Source: Oligoflexales bacterium
GTDB taxonomy: Bacteria > Bdellovibrionota_B > Oligoflexia > Oligoflexales > JAPPIL01
NCBI GenBank assembly: GCA_965215515.1
Contig: OZ244057.1
Coordinates: 1,408,001-1,472,000, forward strand
Direction of reading: 5' to 3'
Length of the DNA stretch: 64,000 nucleotides
Positions 8,844-17,922 of the stretch are shown in pieces. A program made the position numbers and the translations under genes. The notes below the pieces were generated by a model that had not been told where the DNA came from, did no database searches, and saw nothing but the letters and a program-made list of their open reading frames with translations. The stretch's first letter is position 1, and the number at the start of each line of letters is the position of its first letter.

Positions 8844-10160
8844 TCACTCCCCGCCGCGGGGCACGAGCTGGAAGACGCTCACGCCCGTGTTGCTCTCGTT
8901 TTTCTGTAGTTCACGCCGAATGCGTTCCAGAGCGAGTTCGGCGATGTTGCGGTAACCCGCGCGCAGCGCGGCGCTGTCAGGCGGCACGACGACGGGCGAT
9001 TGCACCAACAAAAACTTCCTCCCGCTCTGCAATGCGGCGGCGGCCGTCGAAGCCGCACCTGCGAAAAAATCCAGCACGGTATCGCCTTCCTTCGAACCCA
9101 ACGCGATCAAACGTCGAATCAATCCACTCGGTTTAGGATTTTCAAATACTGCCAGATCACCAAACAGCGTGCTCATCTCCTGCGAGCCTTGACTATTGAG
9201 CGGTGCGTCATGCCACAGAGTTGACCAGCTCACACCACGTTTAAGGTCACACAGAAAACGCTTTAACTGCGGACGACCATGCCCATCCTTGCCGAAATAA
9301 AGCGCGTCGTCTGCCAGCAAACGCGCCACCTTCGCCGCGTTGAAACGCCAGTTGCCTCGCCCCGCAGGGTAGTGTTGCTGTCCCGTATGTGGATTGACGA
9401 TGGCATAATGAAGCGTAGGCACATACCGACCGCCCTTGATGTTAGCCATCAAATTGTCCGCCGCCCAGCGCCCTTTTGGGTGGTTATCGGGGTTACGGTA
9501 ACGCGCTAACTGTGCTGCACTACGCGTCTTGCGGTGCAACTTAACCTGTGTGTGGTCTTTGGCAAAAACGAGAATGTACTCGTGTTGTGTGCCCAGCACG
9601 CGATCATTGGGTGGAGCACTGCGTTTCTTCCAGACGATCTGCGCGACGAAATTATCGCTACCAAAAATCTGCTCACACAACAACTTCAAAGTCGCCTGCT
9701 CATTATCGTCGATGCTGATGAAAATAACCCCGTCAGTCCGCAGCAAAGCACGTGCCAGAGATAGACGCGGATACATCAAGCTCAGCCAGCGAGCATGCCG
9801 CCGCTCACCACCATCGTGCGACTGAGCTTTACGCCGCCGCATACGGTAGTTATCGTGAAAAGTAAACCCCCGCCCCGTGTTGTAGGGCGGATCGATATAA
9901 ACCATCTTTATCTGCCCAGCATGCGTTGCCTGCAACAACTTCAACGCTTCCAGATTTTCCCCCACGATAAACATATTACCGCTACCCTCGCCACCCAGCG
10001 ATACTGTAGGGCAAGGCTGCAACTCGCTACACGGCGGTTGTCGCAGCTCTCGTTGACTGCGCTCCTGACCGCCCCAATACAATCCAAAACCTCCCCTCAT
10101 CGTTCCGCTCCGCCAGACTTGTTTGCCGCTTGCTAGCTCCCGCTCCGCTTTCTGCCACAA
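8844..10160 (-). CDS. Site-specific DNA N6-adenine methyltransferase, type III Mod-like (beta class), no Res partner nearby
   Basis: GENLEALKLL, YIDPPYNTG (motif IV), WLSLMYPRL, ISIDDNE, PKP..LI, LDFFAG (motif I); start uncertain. Confidence 0.9.
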   Translation of the reverse strand: MWQKAERELASGKQVWRSGTMRGGFGLYWGGQERSQRELRQPPCSELQPCPTVSLGGEGSGNMFIVGENLEALKLLQATHAGQIKMVYIDPPYNTGRGFTFHDNYRMRRRKAQSHDGGERRHARWLSLMYPRLSLARALLRTDGVIFISIDDNEQATLKLLCEQIFGSDNFVAQIVWKKRSAPPNDRVLGTQHEYILVFAKDHTQVKLHRKTRSAAQLARYRNPDNHPKGRWAADNLMANIKGGRYVPTLHYAIVNPHTGQQHYPAGRGNWRFNAAKVARLLADDALYFGKDGHGRPQLKRFLCDLKRGVSWSTLWHDAPLNSQGSQEMSTLFGDLAVFENPKPSGLIRRLIALGSKEGDTVLDFFAGAASTAAAALQSGRKFLLVQSPVVVPPDSAALRAGYRNIAELALERIRRELQKNESNTGVSVFQLVPRGGE

Positions 10161-10228
10161 CGAAGGCTGGAAGGGAATGCCACATTTTGCTACAAGGGCG
10201 GGGCCGTGGTTGTGTTAGGATAGGGCTG

Positions 10229-10507
10229 ATGTCGCAGGTTGTGGGGGTGAAAGACGAGTTCGAGCCGCAACGACAAGCGACACGTGTGCAGGAACAACGC
10301 ATTCGGGTCGAACGAGTGCATCGCCGTTGGCGCAGGCCCGTGGTGGCACATGTGCTTGCTGTCGAAAAAGGCTTGTTGGCCGCCTTGCTGTTGCTGGTGT
10401 TGCCGTTGTTATTATTGGCACTGGTGCTAGCTACGGTGTTTTTTTTGTTCGTTTGCTGCTGCCGACTTAGCGGCAGTGTGCTGCGCGGCGGGCACGACAG
10501 CCGCTGA
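10229..10507 (+). CDS. Small hypothetical membrane protein
   Basis: Fills the gap between the methyltransferase and amn; long Leu-rich hydrophobic stretch; AGGA upstream. Confidence 0.4.
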   Translation: MSQVVGVKDEFEPQRQATRVQEQRIRVERVHRRWRRPVVAHVLAVEKGLLAALLLLVLPLLLLALVLATVFFLFVCCCRLSGSVLRGGHDSR

Positions 10508-10600
10508 AACGACTTTACGTGGGCAGACTAGGCTTGTGTGTGACACCAGCGATCTCTTCAAATCCTCTCCACATGCTGACAAACGAGCCGCATGCCTCCC

Positions 10601-11374
10601 TCAATAGCTGTAATGTTTGATTTTTTCGCCTTTTTTGCCGATTTTTTGCATCGCCTCAATGCCGATTTCGAGATGCAGGTTGGTAAACTGCTGCGAGATG
10701 CGACGGTCACTTGCCGAGGTTTTTACTCCTTCGGGGGTGATGGGTCGGTCAGAGATCAACAGCAAGGCACCGCGAGCAATTTCGTTAACTAAACCGACGG
10801 TGAATAGCGTCGCGGTTTCCATGTCGATGGCGATCGCACGCAGCAGTTCGAGACGTTGTTTGAAAACGTTGTCGTGTTCCCATACTCGTCGGTTGGTGGT
10901 ATAAACAACTCCCGTGCGGTACTCCAAGTTGCGCGTGACGAGGATTTCCGAGACAAACTTGTGTAGTTTAAATGACGGCAGCGCGGGCACTTCGGGGGGG
11001 ACGTAATCGTTGGACGTGCCTTCCCCTCGAATAGCGGCGATAGGCAAGATAAAGTGACCGATCTCGGTGGTGCGTTTGATCCCTCCGCATTTTCCTAGAA
11101 ACAGCACGCCTTTGGGCTTGATCGCGGCCAGCAAATCCATCACCGTCGCCGCGTTGGCCGACCCCATGCCGAAGTTGATGATCGTTAAGCCATTGCTGTT
11201 GGTGCAGGTCTGCATGGGTCGATCGCTGCCGTTGATGCCCACCTTGAATTTCCCCGAAAAAATGCGTACATATTCGGAAAAGTTAGTTAGTAACACATAC
11301 TCGCCAAACTCTTCTAGTGCCGTGCCTGTGTAGCGCGGCAACCAATCTCGAATTATCGTCTCTTTAGTCAGCAT
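10601..11374 (-). CDS. amn: AMP nucleosidase (short form)
   Basis: WLPRYTG, LLTNF, INFGMGSANAATVMDLL, AIRGEGTS, AIDMETAT. Confidence 0.93.
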   Translation of the reverse strand: MLTKETIIRDWLPRYTGTALEEFGEYVLLTNFSEYVRIFSGKFKVGINGSDRPMQTCTNSNGLTIINFGMGSANAATVMDLLAAIKPKGVLFLGKCGGIKRTTEIGHFILPIAAIRGEGTSNDYVPPEVPALPSFKLHKFVSEILVTRNLEYRTGVVYTTNRRVWEHDNVFKQRLELLRAIAIDMETATLFTVGLVNEIARGALLLISDRPITPEGVKTSASDRRISQQFTNLHLEIGIEAMQKIGKKGEKIKHYSY

Positions 11375-11464
11375 AACACCCCCGCAGGGGTATATAACCG
11401 TGCAGAGGAGTTAAGGACAAGCGAGAAACACTCCCGTCTCGCTCTTGCCGCGGCGGAGCGATGG

Positions 11465-11494
11465 GGGTGTTCATTTTTCACGGGGGCATCTACA
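11465..11494 (-). repeat. Degenerate copy of the dispersed IS-end-like repeat
   Basis: GGGTGTTCATTTTTCACGGGGGCATCTACA matches the last 30 nt of the 19531 and 31717 copies at 26/30 positions. Confidence 0.8.
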
Positions 11495-11500
11495 CACCCC

Positions 11501-12958
11501 TCACGGCTGAATGCTGTGCAGTACCTTGTCTTTCAGCTGTGGGCAGGAAATGTGACGCGGATGATTGGTGACGTAAAAACGATGTAACTCAATGGTCTGC
11601 TGATGCCGATAGAAACGGGAGTGTTTCTCAATAGGCTCAAGCTGCGGAATTTGACGGCGGTTCTTCTTGATAATCTTCAACGCACTTTCACCGTCAGTAG
11701 GCATACGAATGATGTTGCGCAGATAAGACATGTACTCGAACTCCTCCTGCGTCTCACTAACGACGGCACGCACGCTATCAATCAAATGATGACGATCACT
11801 GTCAGCAGAAGTGACCTCGAAAATTCTCTTCCACAAGTTGCGCTTGTAAAATAAATCGTCGAGTACCACCATCGCTTCGGGGCTGGAAATCTTCTCCAAC
11901 TCCGACAGAATATTATACTCATCAATGCGCAAGAAACGATCGAGATTAGCAGGAAGAACATACCTGATCTTACGTACCAAATTCTGTAACATCGCCTCCG
12001 CTGCGACAGGACTCTTGTGAAAGTAAATCTGGGTGTGCATCAAAATGCGCGCCTGCAAATAATCCTCACAGGCAGCCAGACCAGAAAACTTCAAACACAA
12101 GTGCATCTTGTCATCAGCATCGTCGTGATAGAGCGCAAGCGAATCAAGAATGCGGGCAAAATCGAACACCCCATAGGATACCCCGCACTCCCTCGAATCA
12201 CGCAGCAAGTAATCCATGCGGTCGATATCAAGGTCGGAAGAAAGCAACTCCCGTCCCAACACATTAATCCCATAACGCTCGATTTCCGAGCCAGCATGCG
12301 GAGCGATGTCAGCACAGATAATAGAAGCAACATCTTGTGGATGCACACAAAGCTGCAGATGTTCGTGCTCGGCATAGATTTCTTGCAGAATCTTGTCGGC
12401 CAGAAGTACGGTAAACACCTCGTGATCAGGCATCGTACGCCGCGCTAAACGCAGATGCAAAAACTCCTGCAAATACGGAGGTAGATCAGGGTTGTGAGCA
12501 ATAATGTCCTTAATCTGTGGTAATAGACGCTCGCCGCTATGCGAGAAAGGAGGATGCCCCACATCGTGCAACAATGCCGCTAGACGCAGCGCTTGTGCAA
12601 TATAGGGAGAAGTGAACAACGCATCGAGCACCTCCAACGGCGGTAACAAACGACAGCTGTTGTTTTGTTCCAAAACACGATAATCAGGTAACACCGCAAG
12701 CATCTTCGCCAGCTGTTTCTGATTGTCATACAACTTACGCCACGTGGTGGCAGCAAGGTGCAACACACCTAACGAATGCTCGAAACGTGAGTGCGTCGCC
12801 CCAGGAAAAGCGAGATAAAGAAACGAAGTCTGGCGCACGCGCCGCAAACGCTGTAGAGCGGCATGGGAAATAACGAGGTTCTCCAACAACGACAAAACAA
12901 TCGAGCCGTGCAGATTGTCCCTTATCTCAGCATGCACATCAAGCATCGCACTTCCCAT
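11501..12958 (-). CDS. HD-domain phosphohydrolase, dNTP triphosphohydrolase (SAMHD1/YwfO-like)
   Basis: LRRVRQ...ATHSRFEHSLG, LLHDVGHPPFSH, DIDRMDYLLRDS, IYFHK. Confidence 0.9.
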   Translation of the reverse strand: MGSAMLDVHAEIRDNLHGSIVLSLLENLVISHAALQRLRRVRQTSFLYLAFPGATHSRFEHSLGVLHLAATTWRKLYDNQKQLAKMLAVLPDYRVLEQNNSCRLLPPLEVLDALFTSPYIAQALRLAALLHDVGHPPFSHSGERLLPQIKDIIAHNPDLPPYLQEFLHLRLARRTMPDHEVFTVLLADKILQEIYAEHEHLQLCVHPQDVASIICADIAPHAGSEIERYGINVLGRELLSSDLDIDRMDYLLRDSRECGVSYGVFDFARILDSLALYHDDADDKMHLCLKFSGLAACEDYLQARILMHTQIYFHKSPVAAEAMLQNLVRKIRYVLPANLDRFLRIDEYNILSELEKISSPEAMVVLDDLFYKRNLWKRIFEVTSADSDRHHLIDSVRAVVSETQEEFEYMSYLRNIIRMPTDGESALKIIKKNRRQIPQLEPIEKHSRFYRHQQTIELHRFYVTNHPRHISCPQLKDKVLHSIQP

Positions 12959-12961
12959 AAC

Positions 12962-14032
12962 TCATCGCCAGTAGGCATCCTTGGCCGCCACTACCGAGGG
13001 AAAACCCAGCACCTGCAACTCCGCAATCATCTCCTGCAGTAACTTGGCCACTACACCTGTCCCGTAATAAACAAAAGCGGTGTAAATTTCTACCGCACTC
13101 GCCCCTCGCATGATACGCTGCACAATATCGCTGCCACTCAAAACCCCCCCGCTAGCTATCAACGGCAACTCACCCCGCACCACCTGATAAGCTTGCTCCA
13201 GCTTCGCCACCGCAGGCAAAGCCAAACTGTGCCCACTCTCTCCCCCCTCGTAAGGTCTCACCACACGGCGAGTATCGGTCAACACCAGCCCGCCAAAACC
13301 CCGCTTCGCAGCACGGTCTACCAACGCTTGAAACTCCTGCCGTGCCATATCAGGGTCGAGTTTCAACCACAATTTAGACAACACCGTCTTGTCGGTCTCC
13401 GCAGCGATGGTGTCGAGGAAAACACGGTCAGCAGGAGAACGCCGTCCCACCTGTTGCGATGCGGAAACATTTAAAACGATGAAGTGTGCCAATTCCCTGA
13501 ACGTGGCGATACCTTTCAGATAATCATAGACCGCCCCCACGGCGAGCGTGCGTCGATTGCTGCTGAGGTTAACCGCCAGCGGCACGAAATTGTCCCACCG
13601 CAAAGCTTGCAAACGCGCCGCAATTTTCTCCATCCCGTCGTTGGCACAGGCCGTGCGATCGAGCAAACCCAACTGCTGCGGCAACCGCACAACGCGCGGA
13701 CGACTGCCAGTGCGCTGTGCAAGAGGAGTAACCGAGCCTACTTCCAGAAAGGCAAACCCAAGACGCGGCAAAAATGACAGACAAGCCGCATCGGGATCAA
13801 ACCCCGCCCCTAAACCTATCGGATGTAATAACTCACCTACCCCCCGCAACTCGACCCGCAACGGGAAATGCTGCAATTCTGGCAAGGGATGACGCGGCAC
13901 CCCCCATCCTCGCCGCAATGCCAGCTGCGTCAAGCGTTGTGCCGTCGTCGGCGGCAACAAACGCAACAGACGCGTCTGCCACCGCCCGCGCAGTTTACTT
14001 CTGGGCAATGATGTAGCAGATCCAGGCCTCAC
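12962..14032 (-). CDS. Class 2 dihydroorotate dehydrogenase-like flavoprotein with altered active site
   Basis: PIGLGAGFD, EVGSVTP..Q...RP, GG.SG, ASGGV.SG.D....I..GASAV..YTA fold motifs; substrate residues substituted; start may be TTG near 14008. Confidence 0.85.
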   Translation of the reverse strand: MRPGSATSLPRSKLRGRWQTRLLRLLPPTTAQRLTQLALRRGWGVPRHPLPELQHFPLRVELRGVGELLHPIGLGAGFDPDAACLSFLPRLGFAFLEVGSVTPLAQRTGSRPRVVRLPQQLGLLDRTACANDGMEKIAARLQALRWDNFVPLAVNLSSNRRTLAVGAVYDYLKGIATFRELAHFIVLNVSASQQVGRRSPADRVFLDTIAAETDKTVLSKLWLKLDPDMARQEFQALVDRAAKRGFGGLVLTDTRRVVRPYEGGESGHSLALPAVAKLEQAYQVVRGELPLIASGGVLSGSDIVQRIMRGASAVEIYTAFVYYGTGVVAKLLQEMIAELQVLGFPSVVAAKDAYWR

Positions 14033-14825
14033 ATTCTTCGCCTCGTGTGACAGGGGTAAAAATCCCGTTGCCCTCGCCCTCTTCGTCTGTGCCTTCCCAG
14101 TAGATCTTGGGGTCGTTGAACCCTACCTCCTGCAACAAATCACGCAACTCGGCTAGTGACCACATACGCCAGTCATAGGTGAAGACTCGCATGCGTTTTG
14201 TCTCCCCCTTGCGTTTAAAATGAATATGGAAAAGTGCATGATTAGTGACAGGGTCGAAACAGTCCTGATCCCAGAAATAACTATAGCCCAGCTCATCATC
14301 CTCCGTTTCCTCTTCGTTGGCCTCATAGCACCTGCTACCGCCGAAACAGTCGAGAAGCAAAATACCCCTGCGTTTCAGTGTTTTCAGACAACGTGTCAGA
14401 TACTTTTTCAGGGTAGCACGCTCCTTGAAATAAAAATAACTGAAGTTGACCGCACAGATGATGTCCGCTGGCGCGGGGGCGCGCAACACGTCCGCCCGAT
14501 AGGTAGTAACACGTGCCCGTTGTGCCGCAGTCATCTGGCCGAGGTAGTGCTGTTTGCCATACGCGAGCGGCTCGGCATCGAGATCGACCCCTACCGCATG
14601 ATAGTCATGCCCCAACTTGACCCACTCACAGCATAGCGAGAACGTGGCACAAAAATCTTCTCGCAGAATTTTGGGATCATGACCGTTGTTCAGCTCACGA
14701 TAACGATCACGAAAAAAACGCACGTCCGTTTCTGGTGACTGTACCGCCAGGCGATAGTAGCGATACTTGTCGAAAGGCTCGCGTTTCGACACTGCAGTGT
14801 ACTCCCGTGTGGACAATACTGTCAT
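13995..14825 (-). CDS. Class I SAM-dependent methyltransferase (LREDFC family)
   Basis: LREDFCAT motif I, GVDLD, DIICAVNFS, LKRRGILLLD, YDWRMWS. Confidence 0.85.
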   Translation of the reverse strand: MTVLSTREYTAVSKREPFDKYRYYRLAVQSPETDVRFFRDRYRELNNGHDPKILREDFCATFSLCCEWVKLGHDYHAVGVDLDAEPLAYGKQHYLGQMTAAQRARVTTYRADVLRAPAPADIICAVNFSYFYFKERATLKKYLTRCLKTLKRRGILLLDCFGGSRCYEANEEETEDDELGYSYFWDQDCFDPVTNHALFHIHFKRKGETKRMRVFTYDWRMWSLAELRDLLQEVGFNDPKIYWEGTDEEGEGNGIFTPVTRGEECEAWICYIIAQK

Positions 14826-15043
14826 TGTGACACAGTGTCGTAATTACTGCAACTTAATCGCCCAAATCGCGCCATCATCTGTTTCTAGCGAACGCACACG
14901 GTACCGCGTCAGGCAACCTTCCCCGCCCCCTAAACTCCGCGCCGCACACGAAAGATGTGTACAAGTAAGCTTGTGTTGCATACTCTACCTTTCGTTAATG
15001 GAGGTGATATGTCGGCAAGGCAGGACAGGGCAAGGCAAGAGAC

Positions 15044-16147
15044 ATGAGTTTGAGTTGCGGCATCGTCGGTCTCCCTAACGTCGGCAAATCCACCCTTTTC
15101 AATGCCTTGACCGCGGCGCAGGTGGAGGCGGCCAACTATCCCTTCTGCACCATTGACCCCAACGTCGGCACGGTGGCCGTGCCCGATGCGCGTCTGCAAG
15201 AAATTGCTACCTACATCGAGACCCGCAAGCTTGTGGCGACGACGGTCGCATTTCACGACATCGCAGGTTTAGTGCGAGGTGCGGCACGGGGGGAGGGGTT
15301 GGGGAACAAGTTTCTCGGCCATATCCGCAACGTCGATGCCATCGTGCACGTGTTGCGCTGTTTCAGTGCCGCAGATGTCGTGCATACCGAGACGAGCATC
15401 GATCCGCAACGAGATCTAGAAACGATCGAAGCGGAGCTGATTATTAGAGACCATGAGACCGTCACCACCGCATTGGCGAGGTATCGTAAACTCGCCAAGA
15501 GCAATAATAAACACGCGGTCGCTGCTCAACAGATACTGACGGAACTCGCACAACACTTGCAAAACCTGCACAGTGCGCGCACCTTCGTCCCCTCCAACCC
15601 CGACCAGGAACTGACCACAATCATGCGTGATCTGCACCTGTTGACCGCCAAGGCGGTGCTGTATGTCTGCAACGTCGATGAGGCAACGCTTACCACCACC
15701 TCCCCGCAAGTGCAACAAGTGCAGGACTACGCAGCCCCCACGCAAGCACAGGTAATCACCCTCTGTGCCCGCGTAGAAGCGGAGCTGGCACAGCTAGAGG
15801 CGGACGAACAGCACGAGTTTCTCGCCGCTCTCGGCCTGCAACGGTCAGGCTTGCAACGCATGATCGCTGCAGCCTACCGCCTGCTCGGACTACAGACCTA
15901 TTTCACCGCGGGGGCGAAGGAAATCAAAGCCTGGACAATCAAGGCAGGGACACATGCCCCCGCCGCAGCAGGCAAAATTCACTCGGACTTTGCCCGCGGT
16001 TTTATCTGTGCCGAGGTCTTCACCCTACCCGACCTACGTCGAGCAGGCAGCAAAAACAAACTCAAAGAGATGGGGCTAACACGCACCGAAGGCAAGGACT
16101 ATATCGTGCAAGATGGCGATATTATCGAATTTCGTTTTAACGTCTAA
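15044..16147 (+). CDS. ychF: Redox-regulated ATPase YchF
   Basis: GIVGLPNVGKSTLFNALT, ANYPFCTIDPN, DIAGLV.GA..GEGLGNKFL, EGKDYIVQDGD. Confidence 0.97.
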   Translation: MSLSCGIVGLPNVGKSTLFNALTAAQVEAANYPFCTIDPNVGTVAVPDARLQEIATYIETRKLVATTVAFHDIAGLVRGAARGEGLGNKFLGHIRNVDAIVHVLRCFSAADVVHTETSIDPQRDLETIEAELIIRDHETVTTALARYRKLAKSNNKHAVAAQQILTELAQHLQNLHSARTFVPSNPDQELTTIMRDLHLLTAKAVLYVCNVDEATLTTTSPQVQQVQDYAAPTQAQVITLCARVEAELAQLEADEQHEFLAALGLQRSGLQRMIAAAYRLLGLQTYFTAGAKEIKAWTIKAGTHAPAAAGKIHSDFARGFICAEVFTLPDLRRAGSKNKLKEMGLTRTEGKDYIVQDGDIIEFRFNV

Positions 16148-16239
16148 AAGGGATGTGCTTCCTGTGTTTTGAACAGGTAAGTTGTAGATCGCTTGAGGCT
16201 GGCTAGGGCAGTCCTTGCGGAAGTTTTCCGAGTACGAAT

Positions 16240-16269
16240 TTGACAGAGGAGATAGTGCTTATCTATAAT
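16240..16269 (+). promoter_or_regulatory. Sigma70 promoter for ftsZ
   Basis: Perfect TTGACA (16240-16245) and TATAAT (16264-16269) with an 18-nt spacer, about 40 nt upstream of ftsZ. Confidence 0.75.
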
Positions 16270-16310
16270 TTTAGATAGGAAAATTTACCCCAGCAAAGGA
16301 ACGGTGCACG

Positions 16311-17681
16311 ATGATTCTGGATACGGAGAACTTCAACCCCCCAGGAGCAAAAATAAAAATCGTAGGTATCGGCGGCGGCGGTGGCAACGCAGTCAATACT
16401 ATGATTCAAAACAACTTACAGGGTATCGATTTCATCGTTATCAATACTGATCTGCAATCCCTGAAATATTCATTGGCACAACATAAAATTCAAATAGGAA
16501 AAGACCTGACCAAAGGTTTAGGTGCGGGGGCTAACCCCGACATCGGTCGTGATGCGGCTTTAGAGGATCGACATGAGTTGCAGGAAATGCTCAGCGATGC
16601 GGACATGATTTTTATTACTGCAGGCATGGGTGGTGGCACGGGCACGGGGGCAGCTTCGATTGTGGCACAGATTGCCAAGGAGTTGGGCACGTTGACGGTG
16701 GCGGTGGTTACAACTCCTTTTGATTTTGAGGGCAAGCGGCGCAAGCGCCATGCTGGTATCGGTATCGAGCGTTTGCGTGAACATGTCGATACGTTGATTA
16801 CAATTCCCAATCAGCGTTTGTTGAATGTGGCTAGCGAGGACATTAGTTTGGTCGAGGCGTTTCGCATCGCCGATAATGTGTTGGTCAACGCGGTGCGGGG
16901 CATCAGCGACATCATTAATTTGCCAGGCACGATCAACGTTGATTTTGCTGACGTGAAAACTGTCATGTCGAGCATGGGACAAGCGATCATGGGTATCGGC
17001 GTGGCTGGCGGTAAAGAACGAGCGACGCAAGCTTCACGGCAAGCTATCTCCTCACCGCTGCTGGAAGAAATCAATATCGAGGGCGCGACGGGAATTCTGA
17101 TCAATGTCACCGCGGGAGAAAACATCACCCTGCGCGAACTACACGAGGCCTGTGCGGTAGTGCAAAACGCAGCTCACGAGGACGCGAACATTATTTTCGG
17201 TGCGGTCATCGATGAAAACATGACCGATGAGATTCGAGTCACTGTCATCGCCACGGGTTTCCCTGTCGATCGTTGCGCGGACAACTCCGACCTTTCGCAG
17301 CCCTCTCCCCTGCAGAAACTCACGCGTGCTGGGGCAAGCGCTACTCCCCCGTCTCCCGCCCTGTCTCTAGAATCTCCTCGGACTAGCCCTAGGGCTGTCC
17401 CCGAACCACAACCACGGGTCCCCGCGCCTGAACCGCAGCCTGTGCCACCATCCCCTCCCCCCCCCGTGTCAGCACCGCAGCCTGTGGTAACCGCTTCCGC
17501 ACCGACCCCTGCCGCACCACCGCCACAACCGTCATTCGACCTACAGGAGGACAGTGTGGGCAGTATCGCTGCGGACATCGACGGCCACATAGATGAGGCA
17601 ATTCAGCTCGCAGCCGACCCCACGCAGGATCTCGATGTCCCTGCCTTCATGCGCAGCGGCCCCAAAGAACTGCCCAGCTGA
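16311..17681 (+). CDS. ftsZ: Cell division protein FtsZ with Pro-rich linker
   Basis: GGGGGNAVN, AGMGGGTGTG tubulin signature, INVDFADV, C-terminal DVPAFMR peptide. Confidence 0.98.
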   Translation: MILDTENFNPPGAKIKIVGIGGGGGNAVNTMIQNNLQGIDFIVINTDLQSLKYSLAQHKIQIGKDLTKGLGAGANPDIGRDAALEDRHELQEMLSDADMIFITAGMGGGTGTGAASIVAQIAKELGTLTVAVVTTPFDFEGKRRKRHAGIGIERLREHVDTLITIPNQRLLNVASEDISLVEAFRIADNVLVNAVRGISDIINLPGTINVDFADVKTVMSSMGQAIMGIGVAGGKERATQASRQAISSPLLEEINIEGATGILINVTAGENITLRELHEACAVVQNAAHEDANIIFGAVIDENMTDEIRVTVIATGFPVDRCADNSDLSQPSPLQKLTRAGASATPPSPALSLESPRTSPRAVPEPQPRVPAPEPQPVPPSPPPPVSAPQPVVTASAPTPAAPPPQPSFDLQEDSVGSIAADIDGHIDEAIQLAADPTQDLDVPAFMRSGPKELPS

Positions 17682-17794
17682 ACGATCGTATTGTCTGTCT
17701 TCCCCTTCTGTAGTGCCTGACTAACTTTTTCTGATAAGTTGCGTGCTTTTGGCTTCAGCAAGAAGCCTGGTGGTCGGAACGGGCGAGACAGTAA

Positions 17795-17867
17795 TGGAGA
17801 CTAGGAGAGTCGAACTCCTGACCTTTGGAATGCAAATCCAACGCTCTACCAACTGAGCTAAGTCCCC
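17795..17867 (-). tRNA. tRNA-Ala(TGC), CCA not encoded
   Basis: GGGGACTTAGCTCAGTTGGTAGAGCGTTGGATTTGCATTCCAAAGGTCAGGAGTTCGACTCTCCTAGTCTCCA folds as a cloverleaf; G3:U70 Ala identity pair. Confidence 0.97.
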
Positions 17868-17884
17868 ACGCTGAGATACAGTTA

Positions 17885-17893
17885 TGCTATAAT
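17885..17893 (+). promoter_or_regulatory. Extended -10 promoter element
   Basis: TGcTATAAT about 30 nt upstream of the ATG at 17923. Confidence 0.5.
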
Positions 17894-17922
17894 TGTAAGC
17901 GGAACACAAGGGGGCTAGGACG

